From positions 58,590,001 to 58,654,000 of the forward strand of contig OZ287749.1 in NCBI GenBank assembly GCA_965649765.1: a DNA stretch of 64,000 nt. The letters are read 5' to 3'. Shown in pieces: positions 11,201 through 26,405 of this stretch (positions within the stretch are counted from its first letter, which is position 1; every line of letters begins with the position of its first letter). A program made the position numbers and the translations under genes. Under the pieces are notes generated by a model. That model was not told where the DNA came from. It worked only from the letters and a program-made list of their open reading frames with translations, and made no database searches. This stretch comes from Bispira polyomma. Taxonomy: Eukaryota.

Positions 11201-11894
11201 TTATTTCTCATTATAGCATAATTTTAAGTCTCTGCACCCCTGTTTAAATTGAAACTGATGTTCTACCTGTAGATTAATCTTGCTCTTCTCACCATGACAT
11301 GCCATGAAGTAAATGATGTCCTGAGCCAAAATCAAGTTTTTTATATATGAGTGTACTCCATCACCCTTAAGATGGATCACCGAAACACAACCGTATGGCA
11401 ACCTTGTATTGTCATATCATAACTTCAGAGTAACTGTGTTTTTTTTCTGCTAACACCTTTTGACTTAATTGTAATGTACAAACTCCATCCCCGAAGGTTT
11501 TTTTTCCGGTGAAACTGATATAGCCGTAAAAATACGCCCAAGGTTGTGCATCTAGATTTGGTAAATGTTACAGTGAAATTTACTGTATAAGTTATAATGT
11601 TCACCAGTTTATTGATTTATAATATATACTATGTATATCTAGCTATATTTGGTGGTCGTTTGAACACATTTAATCATTGAAAGTCGCAAATATTATGAAT
11701 TTATTGAATTATCGCCCAGACTTGCTGCCTATGGTTGTTGCTAAAACTCGAAGCTGATCGCCTACTGCTCAAACCGATTGGGAGAAATCTGCTAATGTAT
11801 ATATTATGCACTTTATTTAGGAGAAATCGTATAATTTGATAAATTTCACTCCGGGCTAATCTACTGAATGTGGACAATGAATTGTCTATTTTAT

Positions 11895-12138
11895 TATCCT
11901 CGCACCTCCAATTATCGATCACGTAAGCAGAATAATATATAAAATGTATCTTAACAAGTTAATATCTTTTTTTTACCTCCTATTTTCTTAATTTTTGTTG
12001 GAGATTATTGAAGTTTTGTTTTTATTTTGAAATGCCAAATGATCAACGCTAAATTGTGGTCACATGACCTAGTATAAACCGGTTATTTTGTTGCTGATCG
12101 ATAATAGAAAGTGATCAATAACAGGAAGTGTGACTATA
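11895..12138. mobile_element. ~243-bp MITE, copy 2
   Basis: Direct, highly similar copy of 4887-5129. Confidence 0.8.
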
Positions 12139-13210
12139 CTAGCAGCCTTAACAAGCCAGTTCATAGATCTGATTGTGTAGCTGTATATATATATATATAT
12201 AGTTACAATCTTCCGGTCTTATATATTGCACATAAACAACAAGCACCAGTATATAGCAAACATGCAGTCAACAACGAAGTAAATATAGCTACAGTACCCG
12301 TATTGAAAATTGAATATCTTTGTTATTTCCCAAAGGAATTTTGATGAAAATAATACCATAGTAATCGCAATATAATAAGCTTTCTTATCATATTTTTGCA
12401 AAATTATTACTTACAGTATTTTCGAGTTAATAACAAATAATCATAATTTTTATTTCGTAGCTGTTTTTATTTTGCAAAATATGGTGCTTGTATAAACGTT
12501 AAATGGGAATGTTATCCTTTAACAATGAAGTAAATATATTTACAAAGAACCAATACTTATGCTTCATATATCTAAATTTGAGGCTATTATTTGGTATAAT
12601 AACTAAGAATTAACATTTTGATATATTCTGGCAGCTCATGTAAGTTCATTTGTTTATGTGTTCTTAAGATTTTCACTTCTGTTAATGATGCATGCACTGT
12701 TATCTCCCAGACCCTTTATGATGGGAATTTTTTAGCCACACAATATATCTGGTGATTTTACTCCCAGATCCCTGGTAGATTTTATTGCTACCTTCCAGAC
12801 TCTTGGGTGATTTCGAATAGACCGCCTAGACCTTGGGGTGTTTTCTCAAACTATTTTAGGTAATTCAGGCTAGATAAGCTGGGGAGCATTGAGTTTTAGT
12901 AGCTATTTGTCGACAAAATTTCCAACAAATGATGCCTTTACAGCATATATAACAATCTTAATTTGGTTTTTAAAAGAATGATTAGTTAATCCTACCGATT
13001 TTGAAATAGTTATGGCTTGATTACCTTTTGAGCTGATTCCCTAGTCTTAGCTTTTAATTAAAAATAAAAAAAGGTAAAAGAATATTAATCTAAGTGTAAA
13101 TTTGTTTGACAAACAAAGCATGCTTTTGTTTTAAAGTTGTAAGTTTAGTGAAAAATATCTACTATTAAATATATGTTGCTATATATTTTGTTACAGTGAA
13201 ACATTGGAAG

Positions 13211-13266
13211 ATGTTTGCAGTTTTTAGCAAGATCCCTTCCTTTCAGGCTGGGGTGAAGGCATTCAG
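13211..13266 (+). CDS. MRPL14: Mitochondrial ribosomal protein L14, coding exon 1 (targeting peptide)
   Basis: Acceptor ttacag at 13196, ATG at 13211, MFAVFSKIPSFQAGVKAF, donor AG|GTTAGT in phase 2. The peptide has no acidic residues, as expected of a presequence. Confidence 0.8.
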
Positions 13267-14432
13267 GTTAGTTATTTTAGTGTCCGTGTTAGTTTGCATG
13301 CAGTACACACTTCAAAGGAACCTCTATTGTCTGAAGATTTTTTTTCAGATAATAGAATGTTCATATAAAATTAAAAACAAATTGTAAAACATAATACAAA
13401 AAACAAACCCCAAAATTATGAGAGTAAAAAACAGAAACAATTTTTTAAAATGCTTAAAATACTTGGATAAAATAGAACTATAAAACAAAAGTTCGACAAT
13501 TATCTGTTGTAAAGGTCAATGGTTATTCCGGGACCAAGTTAAGTGATAAATGTAATCAGACATAAAATACTGATGCACGATTGTAATGGACTATTGCTAA
13601 TGAGATATTTGTGGAATATTGTTTCTGTGACCACTAACCATGTGCAGCCAAATTCAAAAGACAACCTGAAAAGATGATGTTGTGGATTTGGTTTGTCAAA
13701 AAATAATTGACTTTCATATTTGTAGTTTGAAGCATCTGCAAAGATAATGCTGTGCAGTGTCGTCCTTAACACTGTACTAAGGAAGTTGGCCAGTGATATA
13801 CAACTGTAATATAATATGTGATTATAAATTGCTGTGTGTTTATGAGTAAATATAATGGTACAAAAAGAATAGTTTACCAGGCAAAGTAAAAATAACTCTA
13901 CTGAGTGAATGGCCTGCTATCAAGTAAACTGGCTCACATGTCTTTGTATTTTATCCTTATCCACCATGCAGGAAGTCATTATGATGCCACTATATGAATT
14001 GGGCCAGTGGTCTCTGCACAAATACAAACTTAGCACCTGTATATATTTACAAAGTAAAACTGCTCTCATATAATGCTTGAGAGAAAATAACTTGAAGAAA
14101 GTGTAGCTATTAAGAAGCTTTAGTACAGTAAAAAAGCACACCTTTGTAATGGTTCCTATTTTGTAAAGCTAAAATATCAAAGTGGTAAGCACTAAAAAGT
14201 CAAACACTAGAAATTGATTTCAAATGGTCCACAAGTTTATCTAAATATGATTTTTTACAAACAAAAAAAGTTATTTTAAATAACATGTAAAAGTGGGATC
14301 GCATTCAATAGAGCCTATTTGGCAGCCCCTTCAGATAATAAGGTAGATGTAAAATATTTCAAAGTCTATTAAAGTTTACTTTACTGTGTTTTCTTTTTTA
14401 AACAATCTCTATATAATTTTCTATGTTTTTAG

Positions 14433-14814
14433 CACCAGCTCAACACTGAACGAAATAAGAAAGTTGACTAGACTTCGGGTGGTAGATAACAGTCGCATGG
14501 GTCATGTTGCCAACACTTCAGGGAAACCTGCCAAATGTATCCACATCTACAACAAAACTGGGGTGGGCACCTTGGGAGACAAGGTTCTGGTGGCCATTGG
14601 AGGGCAGAAGAAGCGGGCCTATATAGTGGGTGTGGTGAAGAAACAGAAACCCTTTATACCTAAATTTGACACCAACAACATTGTATTGATAGAGGACAGT
14701 GGGATGCCGACAGGCACACGAATAAGGGTACCAATCCCTTCAATGCTACGGAAGAAAAAGGACGCTAGAGCAGAATTTACAAAAATACTCTCTATAGCTA
14801 CCAAATTTGTGTAA
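14433..14814 (+). CDS. MRPL14: Mitochondrial ribosomal protein L14, coding exon 2
   Basis: tttttag|C completes phase 2. Carries the uL14m signature LTRLRVVDNS...IHIYNKTGVGTLGDKVLVAI...FDTNNIVLIEDSGMPTGTRIRVPIP...KILSIATKFV*. The spliced product is 145 aa. Confidence 0.95.
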
Positions 14815-14868
14815 TGTTGTTTGTAATACTTTGTATCATGTTAAAATTATGAGAAAGTTATGTGTTCT

Positions 14869-14874
14869 AATAAA
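14869..14874 (+). promoter_or_regulatory. Candidate polyadenylation signal of MRPL14
   Basis: AATAAA 55 nt after the stop codon. Confidence 0.55.
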
Positions 14875-17800
14875 TATGTGTAATACACATGTACGTATAT
14901 CATTATATCCTGTTGTCAAGTCCATGCTTCCAGCCAGAGAATTTAGTCTTGGTCACATCCAAGTAACTACTGACCACAAATCAAATGGCATTTGTGGCAT
15001 GGTTGTTGGAAAAATTGGTGGGTAGGTGTATGTGTCAGCTTTTTGTCCATCTCGGGCAAGATTCCTTTTGTCCAGTTGAAATTTGTCTTAGCTGTATCTT
15101 AATAACCAAAAAGTTGGGGAAAACTACATCTTTTATTTTTGCCCAATTCAAAAAAATAGTTCTTACTCAGACATAAATTATCAAAACCATGTTATATCAG
15201 TAACTGAAAATTACAGAAACTTTGTGTGATGGTAATTGTGAGGAAATAATGTGTTATAATGAATTAAGTATTCACGACTCGGAACAATATCCATCTTGTA
15301 AATTATCCTTCTGTGATTATGTAGTGTACTTTTGATCTATTTTTGGTCAGTCAGGAATTCAATTCAGTTGATTGTTTCTGGACATCATTAGGTCCAAATA
15401 TAAACTTATACCACACCAAAAATTGAATTTTCTACACAACAGCATAAAATAATGCTTATATTTAGTATTTGTCAAACATTTTAAACAGATTATGGATTAA
15501 TTTCTTTACTATAACAATATTAAAACAACCTAAAACTCTATAAACAGGGCTGTGTTTGTTTATGTTTCAAAACCTTCCATTATGACGTCACATTGCAAAT
15601 CTGAAAGCCAAGAAGTATAGATTTGGTACCTTGAAGAATTAAATTAAAACACATCTTTAGTAAGTGCCAAAAATCAAATTTTGTGTACCCAAAAATTCCT
15701 ATGACCACTATAATTTTCATATACACGTTCACGGCGCTGTGCATACATAAAAAATATTCTCCTGTCTGTATTCTCTGCATGCTCTGTATACGTACCAAAG
15801 TGGAGAATAAAAGAGTGCCCACTTTGGCAGGCATTAACTAAAGAAAAAAAGAAAGCTTTCTTAATGCTTTAATCTTTTGAAAACCATAGACATGGAATAT
15901 CTGGTATTTCTAAACTATCTTTCTTGTTTAAGCTCCTTGAGATGCCAGGTTAAGAGTGTTGGGACATTTAGAATTAATAAAACATTGGGTTTACTCATAG
16001 TTGGCCATTGCCACAGTTTCTGAAACTGTGTTTTTAACAAAGAAAGCGGGTTTTTTGCTCAAAACACAGTAAATCCTCACAGGACTTTCATATCTGATAC
16101 CCATATCCTGTAAGGGATATAGATGTTTTTGCTTTCACGGATACATAGTGCCACTATTAAACCCTGTGGCATTTCTCAAGCTATGTTTTTTCTTTGTCAC
16201 TCATAAAAGTGGCTGTGGTAAAGTTGCGATATGGCCACTTTGCTCTAAGTCTTCTTAGTAGTTGTAACATTTTCTGTTTACAGAATAAAGTTTACATCAT
16301 TGCATGAAATAAAATTGTAGATTTTCTCTTGATATTCTGCTGTAAATGTTTACCTGGAAATGACTCCACATTAAAATACCAATCATTTTATGAATCACAT
16401 AAAAAGAAACTTGGCTCCATATTGATGTTTTCTAGGATGATGTTCTTACATGTAAAAAGAGTTGTAGATCTCTCTTGATATTCTGCCATAAGTTTTATCT
16501 GCAAGTCACTCTAAACTTTACAAACGCCTAAAAGTAGATTCTATGCTAATAGTTGAAAGGATAAAGATATGAAGCTATGTTTATATACTTTTACTTCTTA
16601 CTGTACAAGTCATGTTCTAATTGTTTGATATACGAGAAAGGATACACAGTATTTCCCTAGTGTAAATATTTCCCAGGGTAAAAAGCAATATTCTTGAAAA
16701 ATAACATTTATTCAGGATAATTTTATGATTGATTAAACAATGTATACATTTAAACATGATAATGAATATTTTTGCAGCCAAACAGGTTCTCATATTTCTA
16801 AGAATAGCATAAAATTCCGGAATAAATTCAGAATTTTAATACTTAAATTATTACCATGACAACCAAGGCAAGACTGTTCCCAGGTGAACATAGAAAGTTT
16901 GACATAATACCTGATTGAATTTCTAATAAAAAATTTGTTAAAAAAGTAAAAGGGTTAAACATAAAATATATTCAAATATTTTGGTCTACTAAAACTTTTA
17001 TATACCCACAATGGCCAAATCTGTACTTGGCTATGTACAAGTAAAAATCAATCCATAAGAAACCAGTTCCTATATAGATATACATGGGGCGCTGTGTGAT
17101 ATTAAAACATTGCTGTTGATTTCTTCTCTTTTAAAAAACCCCAGTATGTTTAGCAGACTGTCAAATTGATGGCCATGCATTCTCTAAAGCATTTGTTTCA
17201 ATATCCAATATGGGATAGTTTTCCAACACCAGCGTTTGTTGTTATCTAATAAGGGATAGTTTTACAACACTAGCATTGGTTGTTCTCAGAAGGCTATTTG
17301 AGTGTTCACTTCTTGCCTAATAAAGATATCTTCCGGTGATGACCATTTGAGCCTCGGCAGGAATTGAACTAGGATCCTCCTCTCACTTGACCAACTCTCA
17401 AACAAAAAAGGCCACATAAGACCACACGATTCAACAGTTCATTGTAGTGTAGTATTTATCTGAGTTGGTAAAACATTGGTAATACTATGTACTATTGTAA
17501 ATGAAATTATGCTGAAAATGTCACAACAGGGTAAATCTGAAATAAGTTTTAACAAGGTACATTTTCTCTTAAAATCCTTTTAGGAGAGTTATACCCACTA
17601 GAGTACATAGGAACTAAAACCTAAAATATATATCCAGCACATCAAACATAAAAGGTACTGCCCAAAACTCAGGTCAATTGGTGTGCTTTTTGCTAAAAGT
17701 TGATTTTTAAAGCACTTTTGTCACTTTACAAATAAAGGTTGTTGAGAAGTATCAATTATATTTGCAAATAGACTGAATGATTTATTGTTCTTTGGTATCT

Positions 17801-19628
17801 TAAAGTCATTTACAAAACCTAGACAAGATTTGATGACAGTTTTAGAGCAGACAAAGTTCATTCTTGCGATTGCCATCATTCTGTTGATAAAAGTAAAGGG
17901 CAGATTCAGATCTCAAGAAGTCATTGAAAAACTACAACAAAAAAATTGGTCATTATTGGCTGCAGACAAATCCTTGGAAGATCTTTCCAAACAACAGCCT
18001 TTTTTAAAAATTCTGCTCACTTTCATTAGCTAAGCTCTTAATCTGCATACTTAACCTTGATGTGGTTAGTCATGGCGTGTACAAAGAATATATTTTGCAC
18101 AAGAAATAAATGTCAATATCTGTACCGGTCATGCAGTTCTCTTTTTTCATTCATGTTCAGTTTCCTGTTCTTAATGTTATTAAGGGGATGTTGATATAAT
18201 CATTCATATTAGTTGTGGATTTTAATCTGCAATAAAATAGAGTAATGAATCTGTATCTTATTGTACAGAAAATTTTAGATCATAAATACTTTACATTTGC
18301 ATTTGACCTACTTTATGACACTTCAATTATAGCTGACTATTAGTGACAGATTTATTGGAAAAAATCTTGATGTAATTCCCTCCAAGTGTCAATAAAAACC
18401 ACTTTTAGTATTCTTCCATTGAAAAAGAAAATCAAGCATACAAGTGTCATAAGACATTGATTGTAGCAGTTTATCTCCACCTTAGGGGATGGAAAGATCT
18501 CTTCTTCTATTACATTAAAAGAGTAACTAGGAGCTGTATATTCCCTGACTTCTCACAGTAACCGTTTTCTTTTTAAAAAAACTCAAAAATTACACATAAA
18601 TATCTCAAAATTTGTACTTCTAACTTTAAAACCTGACAAAAAAACAACAACAAATACCTTATTAAAATCATTGAACTGCTGTATGTATTACTTCATAAAA
18701 CCATAATGTAGACAGAATACGTAGGAGTGTTTAAGTTTGAGGAGGAGGATCTTGTAAACATTTTTGCCATTGCCCCTCACTGTTACCAATGATTTATGTC
18801 TGTCCTAACAGTTACAAACATAGATTTCCACACCGATGACTTCATTAATTTCCTGTAGAAGTGAAGTGCGAGGCCATTGAGTATGTGTTATCAGTCAAAC
18901 AACGTTTATAAACATTTAGGAGTGTGGCTGTCTCTGCACATTGTTCCAGTTGAGGTTGACCTTTTTTTCGTGAGCTGGAAATTCATGTACACAATTATTA
19001 TTAAGGAGTTATATTTGGTTCACATTTGTCAAACATTTTAGCCTTTTTATAAATAAAAGAAGTTTAAAAAGAAACCGATTTATTGTGCCTGAAATACCAT
19101 TACCATGGTACAATGACAACACAAAAAAGAACAGTTACACAGAGAGATATACAGTGGTATTATTACTATTCTTATACATATTGACAAAAGTAGTAAAATT
19201 TACTAATTGGTTAAAAGGGAATGTTAATGAAATGGTCAACAAAGCATGATTGATTTAAAATATTTCAACTGTGGCCTTTTTGCTATACTCGTTTGCAATA
19301 GTTAATGCCTTCTTGAAAAAAGAAGCTATGATGGAAACAATAGGTACAATACATATAATTGATACAGTATAGGAGTGATGAGCTTAATGAATATACAAAA
19401 TAATCGACATCAGTTCTGAGCTGTTCACCAAAACAGCACATAGGACAAAGGCTGGTAGGATTGTTCAGCAGGATAATACATGTATATATATATAAAAATA
19501 ATTTACTAAATGGAAGAGGAATTTGTAAAAAAAAATATGATTTAACAATGAATGTAGATCAGAGTTTATAAATTAGAATATTTGGATGGCAGAATTTCTG
19601 ACCAAAGTGGTTCTAATGTAGTTGAAAG

Positions 19629-20060
19629 ATGCATGTTCACATTAATGATGTCTATTTGGAGCTGGCTTTTCTCGGCCATTTCCAGGAACTTCGTACTCTA
19701 CTACTGTCGACTGGAGAAGCCCTGGATTTACAGCATGTGACTCCTTCTGGACAAAATGCCATCATACAATGTGTGACCGGAGCTGACCACAGCAACATGG
19801 AGACTTTGCCGGCATTCCTGGAATGTCTCCACTTTCTGTCTGAGAAAGGCGTAGATGTGAATGCCCAGGATATAGATGGTAGGACTGCACTCCACTGGGC
19901 TGTGGCTCTTCGTGTAGATTCTATAGTGACTCAGCTGATCAAGGACAAAGCTCATTGCCATAAGGAGGACAACATGGGGTATACACCTGTTCACCTGGCT
20001 ATTCAGCTAAATGCTACAGCTTGTCTAGAAGCTCTTCTATGTGGTATCAAGTCACCAAAG
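19629..20060 (+). CDS. Inversin-like ankyrin-repeat protein, coding exon 1
   Basis: In-frame ATG at 19629 (an alternative acceptor is possible at 19685). Ankyrin motifs DVNAQDIDGRTALHWA and DNMGYTPVHLA. Donor AAG|GTGAGG. Confidence 0.85.
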
Positions 20061-21730
20061 GTGAGGTGTAAAATATCTGTATTGAGAATATAGGGATCCA
20101 GTAGATTTCTACATACAGTATAACCTTTATTATCTGAACATGTTGCGAGAGCAAGATTTCGTTCAGATAAAAGAAGGTTGATAAAACTATTGAAAAACAT
20201 CACTTTGAGAGATTGAAAATCAGTTGATAAAATCATATATTTGGCTATTATACGAGTTTGAATAATGGACGTTATACTGTATGTCAATTTAATTTAGTAT
20301 TTAATTTCTTTCACTTTTTTGGGGGAAGTGGTGGTTGCGGGTGGACTAAGAATGTGTATTTTAGTATAATTCTGTTTTTCTAAGGTTTGATGGTCCAGGT
20401 CCAATTCATAGATGTGGTGAAGTTTTATTTGTCCTGTCATGTGTGAGTTTTTGCATCTATATACTATCTAAAAAAGATGTGTCATGTAAATTTGACAGTT
20501 CAAAGCTCTCTCTTGTCAGTAGAGATGTTATGGAAAATATTTTGTATGCAAGGAAATTTTCTCGTGTTGGCTATGGTTATTTAGTTTGAAGATTATGAAG
20601 TGTGTACATGTAGTATGTTTGGTCTAAAATCTAATATTTCATGTGATCGTGCATGAGTTATACTGAATTAAGTATCAGGGAGAAGTGGTATATGCATTGC
20701 AGAATATGATAATTAGATAACAAATATAGCCAAAATGTACACATATCAGTGACACATGGAATATATATGTCTTGTCCTGTAAATATTTTAACATATGATC
20801 TAAAGTATACCTGTGCACTTAGTTTGGTTAGTTTCTATATACAGTACAAGTATATTCTGTATAAAAATGACCTGTGGCAAAATTTTATGCAACATTTGGT
20901 TACTGTGTACATCCTTACAAAATGTCTATTAGGCGACAGTGTCTATGACAAGAAAGTGTGCCAGTCTTTGCCTCTCCTGGGGGCCGTATTTACCCAAGGC
21001 CTAAAATTTAAACTCACAATTAATGGTCTCAAGGTCTGTCCTGCTGTATCTCTATTTCTGTGTACAGTAAAGATTTCTAAAATATGAATACTTATTTGAG
21101 TTCCTCACTAAATGCTCCATTAAATCAAATTGTGACATGTCTCGGTAAGTCCCATTAATACAAAACAATTTCTACAAGTGCAAGTTTGAGTTTAAGCATC
21201 AGTTTAAAACCTTTTGATAAATGCTCCCTATTATTTGTACAGTAAAGTGTATAAAACTTCCCACATATCTGAAATTCCCCACTTGATAAAATCCTTATAA
21301 AATAAATGTAATGGGCCCAAATTAAGTAAGGAATGAGTAGACCATCCTTATTATGAAAAAATATCTATGATTTTTAGAACCAAAGAGTAACCTTTTTTTC
21401 TCAGAATTGTCCAAGATTTTAAAGAGGCGCAGGGATTTTTGGATATATAGAAAATTGGAGATTCTTTACTCTTAGGTTTTCCACATAATTGAGTGTTTAC
21501 AAATACCCCCTATATACCAGATATAATAACCAGGTTAAGGGTAAAATAGATCAAAAAGATGATCATATGCCAGTGAATGGTTTAAAATAACTTTCTCATG
21601 ATACTGTAACATAAAAGGCAAGGGCACCACACTGCAAACAAGTGAAAAAAATCCTGGATATGCCCTTCTACCTTGCCCTATGTCCCCTCCCGAAATTTAT
21701 GTAAATCAGTTCAGCATTATTTGTGTAATC

Positions 21731-22327
21731 CTGGGCCTGTATTAACAAAGGGACTTACCCAAGTTTTAGGCTTAAAATCAAGCACAAAAGTATACTTATT
21801 TAAGCCTAAGACTTGGCTAAGTCCCTTCATGAATACTACTTGCCCAGGGCCCTCATTTACTAAAGTTCTTATACTTAGAATATTTCTTATACTTAGAATA
21901 AAAATCATTCTTATACTTAGAATAAGAATCATTCTTATACTTAGAAAATTTACTATTCTAAGAATATTGTTATTCTTATTCTTAGAATAAGAATTTTCTT
22001 AACTAAGAATTGTGAAAAGCAACACATAAGAATGCCAGGGGCCGTATTCACTAAAGTTCTTATAATTAAAATAAGAATTTTTGGTATTTACTGAAGTTTT
22101 TATTCCTAGAATAATTCTTATATTTAGAATTTTTGCTTATTCTTCGAAAATCTTCAAAGAATGAGCTTTGATTCTAAGAGTGGTCAAGACCTTACTTAAG
22201 TTAAGAAAAAGACATGACATTCTTTTGTGCAACTCTTAGCTAAGAAAATTCTTAGAATAGAAAATTTTCTAAGTATAAGAATGATTCTTATTCTAAGTAT
22301 AGGAACTTTAGTGAATACAGCCCCTGG
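21731..22327. mobile_element. Cluster of adjacent or nested Harbinger-like MITEs with internal TTCTTATACTTAGAAT repeats
   Basis: TIR ends at 21731, 21844, 22035 and 22327. A related element lies at 23867-24495. Confidence 0.7.
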
Positions 22328-23866
22328 TGACAAACAAACTAAAACCAACCAATAAAGATGGGCAAAAGCAAACAAAAAGTAATAAGTGATAACCAGTGAA
22401 ATAAATATGATTCACACTTTTAGATTAATAATAGAGATATACTGAACCATTAACATAACATAAAAATGATTTATTTGTGGTGAGCACCCTATTTATGTGA
22501 AGTGGATTAATCTATCATATGTGCAGCATTGTAAAAATAGTGGTAATATATTCAATGGAGAAGTCATTTTTCATGCATTATTAACTTTTTATAAACTATC
22601 TACACAGAATAGATGTCAAATCTATTAAATTGTACAAAGACTAATGTATGTCTTAATAAAACTGTTTGGTGGTGCTTCATAAACTAGTAAACTTTACTAT
22701 GTTTAGCTTTAAGAAGGGGTGAACATGTTGATTACCTCATGTAAGGTTACATGTTGTCTAATGTCTGTTGTTTTGTTGATTAGCTGGATCACACAAAAAA
22801 ATTAAAAACTAATTTTGATCAAACTTTGTCAAAGACCTCAAAACTATTAGGAATTGGAAGTTTTTGTCAAATAAGCTACTTCCTGATACAGATGGTCTAT
22901 GTGGAGGTTAGCGCTCAACTGAGTGCTTTTAAATCTTGTTAGGTTTACAACAAGGTATTTTCTCATTGACGAAAGTAACCTCTCTTGCATTAACCAAACT
23001 GTCTTTAAGAGAGATTAAACCCACAATATCCCCATCTATCAGTGGCAAATTGTAGATCTTTGTAACAAATTCAAAGGGGCGTTTTTTTTCTTTAATGTCT
23101 GTGTTTAAAAATGCAGTGGTAATATGATCTTAGTATTTGCTAGTATGGAGAGTAATCTTGTCTAGATTCATACTGTAGAATTCATACTCTGTGATGTAAC
23201 CGATAGACCCCCTTCATAAAAGTGATTGTATTTGCGGTTGCCTTAAACACAGTGAAACCTCTGTTATATGAATATGTTGGAAGAAAAATATCTGGTTTGG
23301 ATAGTAGAAGAGAGAAAGAATGTATATGGATTTATGTCATTTTTAACCACCTAACCCATCTCTCTAAACCCTCCCCCCCACACCCACTGACACAAGGGTC
23401 AGTATACTTTTGTGCTAGATTTAAGCCTAAGACCTGGCTAAGTCCTTTTGTGAATACAGGCCCAGGATTGTAGAGGTTCAGATAACAGAGGTTCTACTGT
23501 AGTGACCTTATCCGGATTTAAAATGTAAATATATTGATACATCAGAAAAAACTAGATTATGCAGTGGAATCTCTTTTATCCAAACATGCTGGTAGAGTAA
23601 GGTTTTGTTCGGATAATAGAATGTTCATAAAAAGAAGTGCAATTTTAGTGTAAATAAATGGGAAATTGAAAATTTGGAAGAATGAAACTGTGTTCATGAA
23701 ATCAAATACATTTGTATTTCGATAATAGAAGTTAGAATAATAGAGGTTCTACTGTAATTGATTATACTTATCTTATTCTAGCAGGACAAAAAATCCCAAA
23801 AATGAAAAAAACAATTAGTACCTATATTTGAAACCATGATATTCTTTAATTTCAAGGCTCTCAGGC

Positions 23867-24495
23867 TGGGGCTGTATTCACTAACATTGTTATACTTAGA
23901 ATTATTCTTATACTTACAATTATGCTCAGAATTGTAGTCACTGCTCGCAAGCATGGCAAGTCAGTCGTGAAGTTTAAGCATTTTACTGTAATGTTTACCT
24001 CCTTAAAATTATTTACCGAGTCACACCAATCACAGTGTAGAACACTTATGGTTCACAACCTATCAGATTCCTTAATTATAAGTCGATTCCCGCATTTTCC
24101 TCTATTTTGGTATTATTTAGTTGCAAGTCATTAAGGCAACATTGAAAATTTCAAGATTCAAGGTCAAAGTTAACTTGACCTCCATTATCACTTATTAAAC
24201 TTAAACGACTGAACCCAGCATTTCTAACAATAATTATAAGTATAATCTTATTCTCCATATTTGGAGATGAGAGTATTGTAAACAGTGGTGACATGATTAT
24301 CATAAAACATGTGTGCCTACATTTCTATTCACAATTCTTAGCAAAGAAAATTCTTAACTTAGCTAAGAATTGCTTTGTGAATACCATTTCATCCTAAAAA
24401 TAAAAAAAAATTCTTAAATAAGAAAATTTTTTTGTTTAAGTATAAGAATAATTCTTATTCTAAATATAAAAATGTTTGTGAATATGGCCTCTGGT
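23867..24495. mobile_element. Harbinger-like MITE
   Basis: ctg|gggctgtattcac ... gtgaatatggcct|ctg, with CTG duplicated on both sides. Confidence 0.65.
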
Positions 24496-24589
24496 GCTCC
24501 TTGAGAATATAAATTGTGAATATGGCCTCTGGTGCTCCTTGAGAATATAAATTAAACAATACAAACTTGTCTGGTTTCCCCCTTTTACA

Positions 24590-24905
24590 TTTTTGTATTA
24601 TTGACTTAACAGTTCTTTACATAACCTTATTACAGTTAAAGTAACCCCCCAAAATGTTTAATTCTATATAAATTCTAGTCGTTTTCTAAACCAGTTATGG
24701 AACAGCTCTACTCACTGATATAAATTAATGACGTAAAACATATATAATTCTAATTCACATGTTTGTATTATTGACTTAACAGTTTTATACATAACCTTAT
24801 CACAGTTAAAGTAACCTCTTTTTTTTTTAAAGTAACCAAAAAAAATGTTTAATTCTACATACATTTTGGTCATTTTTTAAAATAGTTATGTGATTTTTAT
24901 TGATA
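24590..24905 (+). repeat. ~170-bp diverged tandem duplication
   Basis: tttgtattattgacttaacagtt...ataaccttat.acagttaaagtaacc occurs twice. Confidence 0.75.
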
Positions 24906-26405
24906 TAGGTGAGGCATTTGGCAAACAAATTTGATGGTTGACTGCTTTGTCAACAAAATGTGTCAATTTGCATACCAAGTGTCAAGTTGCATCACTTCCT
25001 TTGCTACAATCGGAGTTGAAAAATGTAACCAAAGACTTGCTTAAATGTTAAACTTAAAAACCAACAATTTCTTAAGTTGATGATGCTTTTAAAAGCAAAA
25101 TCTGGCACTTAAATATATTCAACTAGGAAGCTATTAATAATTTAATACATTTGAAAATCTAAGTTATAAATCAAAATTTAAAACAAATATTTATTTACTT
25201 TTTCTAGTCAAATATACTATGGTTGTTACAACATATTTAATTAAGTAATCTTCTGATAAAACTGGGTATCTGATCTCAAGGCAAATAGAAAGGTATTCAA
25301 ATCAAAGATTCTGCAAATATACTGGTAGACACTGTTATTGACTGGGCCACAGTGGGGACACTGCATTACAATCAATGGTGGCTGTGTAACTATGGCATCA
25401 ATCAATTCTGATACACTAAAAAACAACATACACTTTCCCAGTAGTATTTGTATTAACACATCCTGAGAGATAAAAACAAGGTGTCACAAATATTAAGAAG
25501 TAGGAAGACAAAAGATCTAGATAAATATACTGTAAAACTGTATTTAATTAGTGTTATAATTTTAAAATGAGGTACGGATAATCAGTGTAGAGTGTATGAG
25601 TGAAGAAGTGGATACAATTGCAGTTGCAATATTCAATCACTAAAAAGCTGTCATTCAGTGTGTCAATTAAAGCTTTGTATTGCTCACATTTGAAAGGTGA
25701 GAATCATTGTTTTTTGTGGGTTTTTTTAAATACGGGTACTTTTTTTTAAGAGGTTTTTTCAGGAAGACTGAAATTCACATGGATTAATTTCAGCATTATT
25801 GTATTGATATTTAGTTTAAAAGAACAATAGTTGTTTGAATTTTCACTGGGAATTAGTTTTCACTGGCCAAGAACGAAATTAATTCCAAGAGAAAATAGCT
25901 GTTCACAAAACATATCTTTGAAGCTAATTGAATTTTACAGTACGTATTTTAACTGAAAAAAGAAGACTAAGGAATTAGTTTCTATGGAAATTTTTGATTG
26001 TTTAGTGCTAAAATAATAGGGAGGATATAATTAGAACCTGGCTGATTTTATCCATGTAATACCGATAATACACAAGATTATAATAACTGATTCGCTAAAG
26101 TCTGATTGATAGTTTGGGCCTATTATGTGAAATAAACTGTGACTTATTAACTACTTTTAAAGTATTTTAATTAAAGCACTATCATATACATGGTGTCAGG
26201 AGTTTGTCTACTATAAAGGGGACATTTCTTAACTTTCTTTTATTCTAAATGTAAACAAAGTACATGTAAATTACACCTTTATATGGTTATTACCAGACAT
26301 TGTTTAAAGTTGGTTGCATAAACAATTTATTTTGTTGATGTTTACATCAGATAAAACTGTAAAACCTGAATTGGTCTTGACTGGAACTTTCGCATTTTTT
26401 TTCAG

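Noticed and set aside
17785-18033. 82-aa ORF as an upstream ankyrin exon
   Set aside because: It has no recognisable motif and no phase-compatible splice sites that I could identify.
21673-21990. ORF with (ILILRI)n repeats
   Set aside because: It is a translation of MITE internal repeats.
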